Source: Folioceros fuciformis (lineage: Eukaryota). Taken from it: DNA of 44,544 nt. Location of the stretch: assembly GCA_049999805.1 (NCBI GenBank), contig JBNGIO010006232.1, positions 75,048 to 119,591 of the forward strand, in the 5' to 3' direction. This document shows positions 1 through 9,596 of the stretch, piece by piece (position 1 is the stretch's first letter; the number at the start of each line of letters is the position of its first letter). The notes under the pieces were generated by a model that saw only the letters and a program-made list of their open reading frames with translations, had not been told where the DNA came from and did not search any database. The translations under genes were made by a program, and so were the position numbers.

Positions 1-51
1 AAGGGGTTAGGGTGGAGAGGAAGGAAAGGAGGGAAAAGAAGAGGGGACGGC

Positions 52-2055
52 ATGCCTTCGAATGTGCAGAGCCCGGTGCAGGTGCAGGCGCCGGTTGCAG
101 TGCCGGATGGAGTTCATGGAGGAGCGGACGGCGGGGGAGGGTTCAGGCCGCACTACAGCCGGGCCATCGGGAGGAGGCGGATCTTTGTACAGACGGACAC
201 GGGGAACGTGCTAGGGATCGAGCTGGACCGAGCTGACAAGGTGCAGTCGGTGAAGAAGAAGGTGCAGGCGGCGCTGTGCGTGCCCACGGATCAGAGCGCG
301 CTGGTGTCGGGGGATGTGGTGCTGGACAAGGATCTGAGCGAGGTGCGGCACAATGCGCCGCTGCTGCTCACGCGGGGCCTGCACAGGAGCTCGTCTACTC
401 CCTGCCTCTCGCCGTCGCTGGATCTGGGAAGGGCGCGGGAAGGGAGCCGTCCCTTCGAGATCTGCGCCGGTCTTAGCGCATGCAGCAAGATCAAGAGGCT
501 GCTGCGGGAGTCGGCTAAGGCCATCGAGAGCGGCGTGGAGCCGGTGCCCGCGGCCGGAGGCTTGGGAGGGGCCTACTACTTCCGGAACCGACGAGGGGAG
601 AGCATCGCGATCGTGAAGCCCACTGACGAAGAGCCTTTCGCTCCCAACAACCCTAAAGGATTTGTCGGCAAGACGCTAGGCCAGCCCGGGCTCAAGAGAT
701 CCATCCGCGTCGGAGAGACTGGGGTGCGGGAGGTGGCTGCTTATTTGCTGGATCATGATCACTTCGCCAACGTTCCGGCCACGGCGTTGGTAAAGGCAAC
801 GCATCGGATTTTCAACGTGAATAGCGAGAACGGGGTGAACGAGAGTCCCAGTAGGAAGAAGGTGGCGGTGGCCAAGATCGGATCCTTTCAGCAGTTTGTG
901 CAGCATGATTTTGATGCCAGTGACCACGGGAGTTCGCGGTTCCCTGTGTCGGCGGTGCACCGGATTGGGATTCTCGATGTCAGGATTTTCAACACTGATC
1001 GCCATTCTGGCAACATTCTGGTGAGGAGGGATATGGGGAACTGGGGCAGATCCGGGCTTCGGGTTGATGATGCAGTGGAGCTGATTCCGATTGATCATGG
1101 CATGTGTTTGCCTGAAAATTTGGAGGATCCGTATTTTGAGTGGCTACATTGGCCCCAGGCTTCGTTCCCCTTTTCTGAGGAGGAGTTGGAGTATATCAGC
1201 AAGCTGGATGCTAACAAGGATGCGGAGATGCTGCGGAGAGAGTTGCCCATGCTGCGGGAGGCCTGTTTGAGGATGCTGGTTCTGTGCACCACCTTCTTGC
1301 AGATGGCTGCTGCGGCAGGGCTGTGTTTGGCGGATATCGGAGGGATGATGAGCAGGGAGTTATGCGGGGTGGACGAGGAGGCTAGTGAGTTGGAGACTAT
1401 ATGCACTTTAGCCAAGATCGAAGTTGACGTGTACTTAAAGGCTTCAGAACAGTCTGAAGGGGATGGGGACTGCCCATCTACTCCGGACGCTGAGTCTGTC
1501 ACGGACCAGACGCAGTTTGATATGGAGGAGGAGGACGACGTCCCAATAGAGGGGCAGGTGTTCCGTTCTCCAGGGCTTCACATTCCTCCTGTGTGCTTCT
1601 CACCACTGTCCCCGTCTCCTGTGGGGTCTGGTCGGATGGGATTCAACACCTTATTGATGCTGCAGGAGATGCACCCCTTGGAAGGTGACGAGCTGGCAGG
1701 TGGCATGAGGTATGAGTTTGCAGGTCCCGCTTCCTGCACCAGCAGTGCCATGGCTGTCATGGCGAGATGCAAGACTTCTCGCAGTGCCAGCCTCAACAAC
1801 AACCCCCGCAAGCACCACAACTTCGAGCTGAAGAGGGCCATTGGCTTGAGGGGCGTGTCCTCATCCGAAGTCGCTGAGAAGATCAACATGACTCCGGGAT
1901 TATGTGCTGCTCCACTTGTCATCTCGGAGCTATCCGACCGGGAGTGGTCCCTCTTCATGGACTACTTCCATGTCCTCCTGCTGGATGCCTTCGACAGGAG
2001 AAAGGGTGACAATGTGGGCCGTATGCAGAGGCTGGGTACTTCTTGTCAGTTCTGA
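52..2055 (+). CDS. Type II phosphatidylinositol 4-kinase gamma (ubiquitin-like domain + PI3/4-kinase domain), PI4Kgamma5/6/7-like
   Basis: Single 667-aa ORF. N-terminal ubiquitin-like segment (RRIFVQTDTGNVLGIELDR); kinase motifs GGLGGAYYF, KPTDEEPFAPNNPKG, REVAAYLLD, ILDVRIFNTDRHSGNIL, IPIDHG; family C-terminus QRLGTSCQF. Confidence 0.95.
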   Translation: MPSNVQSPVQVQAPVAVPDGVHGGADGGGGFRPHYSRAIGRRRIFVQTDTGNVLGIELDRADKVQSVKKKVQAALCVPTDQSALVSGDVVLDKDLSEVRHNAPLLLTRGLHRSSSTPCLSPSLDLGRAREGSRPFEICAGLSACSKIKRLLRESAKAIESGVEPVPAAGGLGGAYYFRNRRGESIAIVKPTDEEPFAPNNPKGFVGKTLGQPGLKRSIRVGETGVREVAAYLLDHDHFANVPATALVKATHRIFNVNSENGVNESPSRKKVAVAKIGSFQQFVQHDFDASDHGSSRFPVSAVHRIGILDVRIFNTDRHSGNILVRRDMGNWGRSGLRVDDAVELIPIDHGMCLPENLEDPYFEWLHWPQASFPFSEEELEYISKLDANKDAEMLRRELPMLREACLRMLVLCTTFLQMAAAAGLCLADIGGMMSRELCGVDEEASELETICTLAKIEVDVYLKASEQSEGDGDCPSTPDAESVTDQTQFDMEEEDDVPIEGQVFRSPGLHIPPVCFSPLSPSPVGSGRMGFNTLLMLQEMHPLEGDELAGGMRYEFAGPASCTSSAMAVMARCKTSRSASLNNNPRKHHNFELKRAIGLRGVSSSEVAEKINMTPGLCAAPLVISELSDREWSLFMDYFHVLLLDAFDRRKGDNVGRMQRLGTSCQF

Positions 2056-2475
2056 GGTGCTGTAGATTTTTTTTGCCTTGCCCTTCTCGTTTTGGACATC
2101 TGGTGAAAGCCAAAAAAATGTGGGCTTTTGTGGACGTTTCTTGTACATTTCTGAAATCTAGCTTCCTCTTTCTCTCGCATCTTCCTTGGACTGGCCTGGC
2201 CCCTTACAGCAGTGTCGTTTCTTCTGCCTCGGATCGCATACCATCCTGCCCCGTCGAGAGTGTGGGTCACACGAGACCTGCTGGCTTGCTTTCTGCGCTG
2301 TGTGAAAAGTATAAAAATTATGTTCGCAGAAGTGGCACGATTCTTGCCTTCAAAATTGCATCGTGTTGTCGCATCCCCCTTCGGATAGGCACAAGTAATA
2401 CCAGCAACTTTGGCCAAGTGATTTTTTCCCCTCTCCGTCACGTAAACTGACACACGCGACTCCAACCTGTTGGCG

Positions 2476-4437
2476 ATGGCTGCCGTCGAGCTGCAGCAGG
2501 CTGTGTCCGTGCTGCCCAAGGCTGCTGTCATCGCATCTTCTTGCAAGGGCTGTTCACAGAGCTTGCTGCTGCTGCGGCGGCAGCGCGTGCCGCGCAGCCG
2601 GGCCTGCACCCGGGCTGCCATCTCCCACGATGAGGACAAGAGGATGCAGGTGAGCCGGCGGCAGCTGCTGCTGGCGGGGTCCCAGCTGGCCCTCGCATTC
2701 GGAGCTCTGCAGCTGCAGACTGCGGCGGGGGCGGGGGCGGAGAGGGCGGAAACCAGCAAGGTCTTCTCGGAGTGGGAGCAGGTAACGCTGCCTGTGGACC
2801 CCGAGGTGGAGCTATTGGACGTGGCGTTCGTGCAAGGGGACTGGGACCATGGTAAGCATATGCCTGAGCTCTTGCTTGCTTGCTTGGCTCGCTGCCCGCT
2901 GATTTTAGCAAAGGAGTGCATTATGAATTTTGGGTTCGTCTTATGTCTGAGACCCTCTGCGATGTTTGTTGACCTCAACCATTCGAGGCTTCCTTGTTGG
3001 GACAAAACAGACTCTGCTGGAGACCACGGACGGGGGCAGGTCTTGGATTCGGTGCTCTCTTCCGGATGGGCTCGATGAAACCTCCGCCCAACATGCCTTC
3101 ACCAAAATCAGCTTCTCTGACCGTCAAGGCTGGATCATCGGAAGCCCTGCTATTGTGCTGCACACGACCGATGGTGGCAGTAGCTGGAGACGCGTGCCTC
3201 TCAGCCTCAAGCGCTCCAGAACTCCTGTGAGCCTCTAACGCAAGCGCTGTATGCAGAAGAAAGCCTGTCCTTTCTGGTATCTGGGCTTTGGATCCAAGGA
3301 ATTTCCTGGCTTCTTCTCACCTTGGGTCCACGTGGCAGCTGACCATCAAGGCCTTTGGACAAGACCGTGCGGAAATTGTGACAGATGAAGGGGCGGTCTA
3401 TGTTACGTCTGATGGTGGCAGCAGCTGGAAGTCCATAGCTTTGCAGGGCTCGTCGGGCAATGCCAAGTTGCCCAGCAACGTTGAGCTCTCCAAAGCCGAG
3501 AGATCATTTTATGGGGAATACGTTGCAGTCAGTTCTGAAGGCAACTCCTTCTTGATATGGACTCCAGAAGTGGTGAAAGCCCAACCTTGTTCCTCACAAG
3601 GCTTGAAGCATGACCTCTCTCTTGTTCGGCTTGGGTCTGATGCTTCCGCTGTGATGTGGCACGACTGACCAGGCGAGGTGGCAAACACACGGAGACTGGC
3701 GCTCATCCGGCATTTACAACGTGGGCTGGCGGACAGACGGTAGTCTTTGGCTTGTGAACCAGGATGGTGGTCTTTATCTGACCAACGGTCCTGAGGTACA
3801 CGGGTTTCGATTCAGCTAGATGTAGAAGTAGTGGCGAGCATTACAGTAGGTCTGACCCATTCGCTTGTTGTGGTCAGGAGCTTGATTCCTTCCGGGAGTC
3901 CAGCTTTTCAATCAGCGGACTCGGGATTAGGGACATTGGTTTCCGAACTCAGGTCGGTCAGGTTCCTCTCCGTTTGCCGAACCCAACACCCCGTCGTGCC
4001 CAGCATCACTAATCGTCTCAAGTCTGTTTTGATCTGTGCAGTACGAGGCATGGGCTGTTGGTTATGGCGGTCTCCTATTGAGAACGTTGGATGGTGGAAA
4101 CACCTGGATACGAGATCTCCTCCAGGAGAACTTCTCAGCAAACCTATCCGGCCTTAGGTCTGTCTCGTGCAGGCACACTCTTCACCAGATGAACTCTTCT
4201 TGTTTGCCCGCACCATGCCATAACTTCTTCCATTCTTCCGTCTCCTGCAGGTTTATTGATGGAAGGGGCTTCCTCATGGGCGAAGGTGGGTTGTTGTTTC
4301 GTCATTTGATCTACAAGAGGAGGTTTCAGTACATGGACTTCCAGTCCCTCAGAGCCATGATCAGGGAGAGCGTTGAGCGCAAAGGGTCAGAATACGATTA
4401 TTACGATTACGAATACGGTTATGAGTACAACTTCTAG
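2476..4437 (+). CDS. HCF136/Ycf48-like thylakoid-lumen beta-propeller protein, divergent paralog; 7 exons (2476-2851, 2988-3226, 3339-3572, 3673-3795, 3878-3952, 4042-4157, 4251-4437)
   Basis: Transit peptide plus Tat motif SRRQLL and a hydrophobic signal. HCF136-type motifs SEWEQVTLPVDPEVELLDVAFV, GFLVGTKQTLLETTDGGRSW, GWIIGSPAIVLHTTDGGSSW, VTDEGAVYVTSDGGSSW, GWRTDGSLWL, EAWAVGYGGLLLRTLDGGNTW. All introns GT-AG and in phase. Confidence 0.88.
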
Positions 4438-4769
4438 GCGGGGAAGTGAAGGACATAGGTCGGCTCAGACGAATGTGAGAGTGCCTATGTATTTGTGAAC
4501 CATACTCCGAGTCGTCCTCGGAAGATAAATACACAAGCCTTGCCGCTCGCACGCGTCGTTGCGTCGTCTGTGTTTCCTGTCTCTTCCTGCTCGCGTGTCT
4601 CGTCGTGTGCGCACTCTCCAGGCTAAGCGGAAGAAGGAAAGCGGTAGTTTGCCATCTTCGGGGCATGTCTCGCAAATCAAGACGACGCTCTTGCCGGCAA
4701 TGCCTTCCGGTTTGGCGGTTGAACTAATCAGTTTGTGGTTGTGAACGGACTAGGACGACCGCACAAGCC

Positions 4770-5331
4770 ATGGCAACGTTGAAGAACCTCAAGACCAAGA
4801 CTGGCATTGGCCGTCGGATATTGAAGGAGTTCCACTCTTATGAGAAGGAGGTGGAGCGGGAGACGGCGAAGATGGACGCTATGCGGGAAGCCAATGCCGA
4901 TGCTCACGACATCAAACAGCAGGTATGGTGCCTTGGCTTGCAAGCGTCATGGCCGTGATCTGCTACATCCGAGCCTGTCCGGTTGCCTGAAGTTCAGAAC
5001 GGGGAAGTAGCAGTTATGATGGCAGAAAGTCTTCTCATTTTTTTTTCTCCAGGAGAACGTATTATCGGAGTCGAAGATGATGATTCCAGACGTCAAGAAA
5101 AGGCTGGCAACCGCTTTGAACAACATTGAATCTGCGATTGTAAGTCAGCAAACTGATTGGGACCAGACCTTGCTAGTGCCGCGCAGAATGACAATCGCCG
5201 CTGAAAATGCTTGCTCGTTGCGTGATCTGCAGACTGAAGCTCTAAAAGATGAAGCCAGCGCGGAAACGGAAGAGCTCAAGGCAGCTCAGGAGTTAGTTTC
5301 GGAAGCCAAACCACTGCTTGCAGCCGCTTAG
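4770..5331 (+). CDS. TFCA: Tubulin-folding cofactor A; 3 exons (4770-4922, 5053-5139, 5233-5331)
   Basis: MATLKNLKTKTGIGRRILKEFHSYEKEVERETAK...DIKQQ|ENVLSESKMMIPD matches plant TFC-A/KIESEL. Canonical splice sites. Confidence 0.93.
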
Positions 5332-6363
5332 CTCCTTTCTGCCTCTGTTTCTCTCCTGGTGAACTGGGAACCTTGTCTGAGGAGCAAGCCCTCATGTTTT
5401 GCTGTTTAGCTTTGGACTCTGGCCATGGCGGCCCGCAGGCACCGGTGAGAGTGTGACTTCAGCTTCGCAGGCCTTGGCATGCGTTTTAGGGCAACGCTGA
5501 CTACATACAGTGCTGCAATTCCTGGCCGTCCGTGAAACCACAGTTACCCCGCGCCTGGTCCGTGCGAGGAATATTGCCACTTGTTTCGAGGAGCAACGGT
5601 TGATGTACAGTACCCTGAATCGGGGCGCCTTTACCAGACGGAAGCTGGCGTGCTTCTGTTGCTGGGTTTTTCAGTCTGGAGAGTGCTTCTCGGTCAGTCG
5701 ATAGTCATTATTAGATGTGACTTGAGTCTTCCTAGCTGGGTGTGGAAGGGTGCCGCTCGACACAGGGTGGAAGCATTTCAACTTCGGACGGACACAATCA
5801 CAGGTTGCGTTTGTGCTCGTCTTCTCAGCGGTCTCCCACAGTGGTCAAGTTGTTGGACACCTGGAAAGCATTGATGAGCTCGAAGGACTGCCTCTCTCGC
5901 TGCTGGTGGTAGTAATTTCGGTCTCTGTATTTCAGGAGGAACATCGCGTCAGAGTCTGACGTGAGGTCACCAGATGACCTTTTGTCACCGTGATCATTCG
6001 GTTCATCGAGGACCCAGTTCGTCGTCTACGCTACGGGCGCTGCAAGGTGAATGTTTGTTGTTCAGCAGAGGGGATACATTCATTGTGGCTCCGCGGGAGG
6101 GTGACTTTTTCTGTGGGCAAACTTCTGTGGCCTTGGATGCGATGGGTAGAGAATTGGAAACCTGAGTTTGCAGACTCAAGCCGGGAATCTTATTGGACCA
6201 GCATGCGCAGTGCAGAGAGAGTTGCAAACACTTGTCACCTTCATGTTAGTGGGTGGGAAGTTCTCCAGCTTTGTCTGGCACCCAACTCGCTGCAAAGAAG
6301 GTTTCGTTTTCGAGGAGGAAGTTTGAGTGGTGAAGCTCGTGGGCTTGAGCAGAGTTCAGAAGA

Positions 6364-8811
6364 ATGTCACTCCTTGCGTATGGTCAGGGGTTACTGGCAG
6401 GTGACTTTGAGGAAGGGGCCGGGATCACAGTTCCATGGGGATCCACCCAACCCTGGTTTGTTTGGGGGGAGGATTTTTCCTCTGAGAGCTCTTGTAGCGG
6501 GGATGAAGAGTTTGGGGCGGACCTATTCTTCAACGCTGTGGCAGCTGGAGCTCCGGAAGACCTTCAACAGGATGAACGAAGCAGTAGCAGGGCAGTGAGG
6601 ACGGAGTTGCACTGGGACTCTCCTCCCCAGTCCCCTGGTGCAGTCTCTGTTCACCTGCCATATGCAGTTCTGCAGATTGTGGCAACAGCATCCAAGGCAG
6701 ATGTCGTCGGAGTAGGAGTCATGCAGAGTAGCGAGCCTCTTCTGGAACATCTGTTGCATGTTCCTCGAGGGCTTGAGGTTCCCGATGTTTTTGAAATTTC
6801 GACCAACAGCTTCTTAGCGAGCAGCACTGGAACCCTTATGTTTGTTACTGATGAGTTGGACGTGCCAGCGCAGTTTGAGATGGGCCTTGGAGGGAGGCCC
6901 CAGGCAGTCCTTGCCAGTCGGTTCTATCTGGATGGGTTCTTGGGAATCTTCTATGCTTTGTGGCTGGATGCCCAGAAAATTCCACCGACTGTCGAAGCTA
7001 TTTTCCGTGATTCGCTGGTGTCTCTACCGAACTTGTTGTCAAATAGGATAAATGCAAGAAGGTACGAGAATTTGGGTAGGAGATTTGATGCGATCCTTAA
7101 GATGATGCCACAGGCTGTGGTTTTTGTGGACGACGAGACTGTCCAGGTGCTGGTGAACCCAGCTGCTGCCGACCTGCTGGGACTTCAGTCCCATGGTGAA
7201 GTTCAGCCTCTAGAGGTTGCAGAAGCCATGAAAAAGCTGGCTGAGAACAGTGGCACTCGTACTGATCCTCAAAGGATCATAAACGCAATTTCTGGCAAGA
7301 ACGATGGGCTGCACATCAAGGAGGAGTGGACGCTGACAAATCCTAGAAGAGTGCTGCTGGTGGGCTCGTATCCTGTGAGCAGTCATTCTGCTCATGGTCG
7401 CCAGTGGTATTTTGAGGATGTCACAGCCGAGCGTGATGCACGCGAAGCTATATTGTCTGCGAACAAAGCCAAGTCCCAGTTCCTCGCTATGATGAGTCAC
7501 GAGCTTCGGACACCTATGACTGGGGTGTTGGGGATGCTGGACCTGCTCAGTCTAACCAAGTTGGACTCCCACCAGCGGGAGCTTGTCAAGATCATGCAGG
7601 ACTCCGCTGATGGTTTGATGCAAGTCCTGAATAACATTCTGGATTTTTGCAAGATAGAAGCTGGCCGACTCTGCCTGGAGGAAATCGACTTTTCTCATGG
7701 TGAACTGTTGGAGCAGGTTATGGCTCTGCAAAAGGAGAAACTTGGTGATCATACGGTCGAGTTGAGGTTGAAGGGACCAGCAACTTCTCGGAATATGGTA
7801 CGAGGGGATCCTGTCCGTCTCCGACAGATTCTCATGAACTTGGTGAACAATGCTGTCAAATTTACGCCGAAGGGGATCGTAAGTATCTCCTGGAACTTGA
7901 GTGATCTTCTCACCCCCACAGCTGCATTTGCATTTGGTTCAAAGTTGGCAGCAAAAGGTGGCGCAGCTATGCGAACGAGTTTCCGCAGGTCCGGCAGTAT
8001 GTGTCGGACAGAATTAGCATCTAACCCACAGGACCTTGGGGCAGCTGCATCACGGGATAAGAAATACCACTGGCTGGAGGTGAAGGTTGCAGATACTGGA
8101 GTGGGTATGCCAGCGGAGCAGTTGCAGACATTGTTTGCCGGGAGTCCTGCAGCCAGTCTGCGTCGGGATTCTGCAGGCCCAGGACTTGGGCTGCAAATAT
8201 GCAACGGCTTACTTACGCTGATGGGGGGTGCAATCAGGGTGGAGAGTGAACTACACCGTGGTACAACAGTCACTTTTATCGTTCCCCTGCTTCCAGGGGA
8301 GGAGCTAGATAAGTTAGCCGCCATCCCAGCCACCCCTGCACCGAAACCCACACCGAAGCCTCCTTTGAGAGCTTCCGCCGGTACTGAACCATCCGACGGT
8401 AGCTGCACTTCAATCAAAGTCCTGGTTGCCGAGGACAATAGAGTGAACCAAGTTCTGATTAGGAGAATTCTGTGCCACTACGGGCATCAGGTTGAACTTG
8501 TCGGCAATGGGAAGCTGGCTGTGGAAGCTGTGCAGAAGAAGTCCTATGACTTAGTGCTCATGGATCTGCAAATGCCAGTTCTGGACGGCTTGAGTGCCAC
8601 GAGGGCCATAAGGGCTCTGCAACCTCCCACATCCCTCATTCCTATATATGCCCTCTCGGCCGATGCTCTTGCCCCGGAGAGCGGCCCTATGGAGGAGACA
8701 GGCCTCAGTGGCTACCTCAGCAAGCCCATTGAATGGGACAAGATGGCTGGGGTGGTTGATAAAGTGTTGGCACAAAAGGCTGCCGCTGTCGTCCACGACT
8801 CTGCTTCTTAA
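6364..8811 (+). CDS. Soluble hybrid histidine kinase (putative GAF-like + PAS + HisKA + HATPase + receiver), intronless CDS
   Basis: H-box FLAMMSHELRTPMTG, N-box LRQILMNLVNNAVKFT, G1 VADTGVGM, G2 PGLGLQIC. Receiver motifs VLVAEDN, DLVLMDLQMP, YLSKP. PAS-like segment FDAILKMMPQAVVFVDD...NPAAADLLG...WYFEDVT. No clear transmembrane helix. Start codon uncertain. Confidence 0.92.
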   Translation: MSLLAYGQGLLAGDFEEGAGITVPWGSTQPWFVWGEDFSSESSCSGDEEFGADLFFNAVAAGAPEDLQQDERSSSRAVRTELHWDSPPQSPGAVSVHLPYAVLQIVATASKADVVGVGVMQSSEPLLEHLLHVPRGLEVPDVFEISTNSFLASSTGTLMFVTDELDVPAQFEMGLGGRPQAVLASRFYLDGFLGIFYALWLDAQKIPPTVEAIFRDSLVSLPNLLSNRINARRYENLGRRFDAILKMMPQAVVFVDDETVQVLVNPAAADLLGLQSHGEVQPLEVAEAMKKLAENSGTRTDPQRIINAISGKNDGLHIKEEWTLTNPRRVLLVGSYPVSSHSAHGRQWYFEDVTAERDAREAILSANKAKSQFLAMMSHELRTPMTGVLGMLDLLSLTKLDSHQRELVKIMQDSADGLMQVLNNILDFCKIEAGRLCLEEIDFSHGELLEQVMALQKEKLGDHTVELRLKGPATSRNMVRGDPVRLRQILMNLVNNAVKFTPKGIVSISWNLSDLLTPTAAFAFGSKLAAKGGAAMRTSFRRSGSMCRTELASNPQDLGAAASRDKKYHWLEVKVADTGVGMPAEQLQTLFAGSPAASLRRDSAGPGLGLQICNGLLTLMGGAIRVESELHRGTTVTFIVPLLPGEELDKLAAIPATPAPKPTPKPPLRASAGTEPSDGSCTSIKVLVAEDNRVNQVLIRRILCHYGHQVELVGNGKLAVEAVQKKSYDLVLMDLQMPVLDGLSATRAIRALQPPTSLIPIYALSADALAPESGPMEETGLSGYLSKPIEWDKMAGVVDKVLAQKAAAVVHDSAS

Positions 8812-9596
8812 ACCCCGATGTTCACATGTACTCTGGAGGCATTGAAGGGTCCTTCCCCTTTCACAAGAAGCCAGCCAAGGAAGCAGGGTGAGATGGTTCC
8901 TTATAGTCTTACTTGTTGTGTAACAAAGCCTGCCTTTGTGTTGTCACTTCTGAGAGCCTCTGTTGTGCAGAAGCGTTTAGAGTCTAGAGGCGTCCTAGGC
9001 TTAATCCAGGAGGACAGGGAAGCTGAAATCGTACCCTTCGAGGCTTCTTTTGAGAATTTAATATTTGGAGAAGAATATTGTCTCCGATGTCAGTGTTCAG
9101 GTTTGTGTGTATCTGCTCACTCTGCATACAGAATGCCTCTGAGTTTGTCTGGAAATCTAGCCAGCAATTTCTATAAAGAATCGCATGCCGGGATGCAGTC
9201 GGAGCTTCTTTCACGACCAACTTTGCACGGTGCTTCTCGAGTTACCGGGTTCAGCAAAGCACTGTGATGTACATGTAACTGCAGTTATCGTTTCTTTCCA
9301 AAGTGAGGAAGCTTCTCGTGCGACATCGCCCCACGTGCACCCATGGTGAGTTGGCAGACGGACAGAGTCCCTGGATACCATGGATGATCGGACGACTAGG
9401 CATATGCCTGATGGACCATCGCACGGCTAAGAGCTCCAACCTGTCGCAGGTGCCACGCCCTGGATATGGTTGCCAATGTGTGCCACAATTTGTGCGGGGG
9501 AGAGATCGAGGGATGCAACTAGTTGATTGCTGTTGGTGGTCCTCTGGTTTGCTCACCGTCAAGAAGATCTAGAGGTTGATCTCGTGCTTGTTGCTG

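Noticed and set aside
2046-3005. 319-aa minus-strand ORF
   Set aside because: Antisense shadow of the GC-rich HCF136-like exon 1 and intergenic DNA; no recognisable domain.
5990-6598. 202-aa ORF overlapping the start of the histidine kinase
   Set aside because: Non-ATG start, different frame, no motif. Probably 5' UTR or intron sequence.
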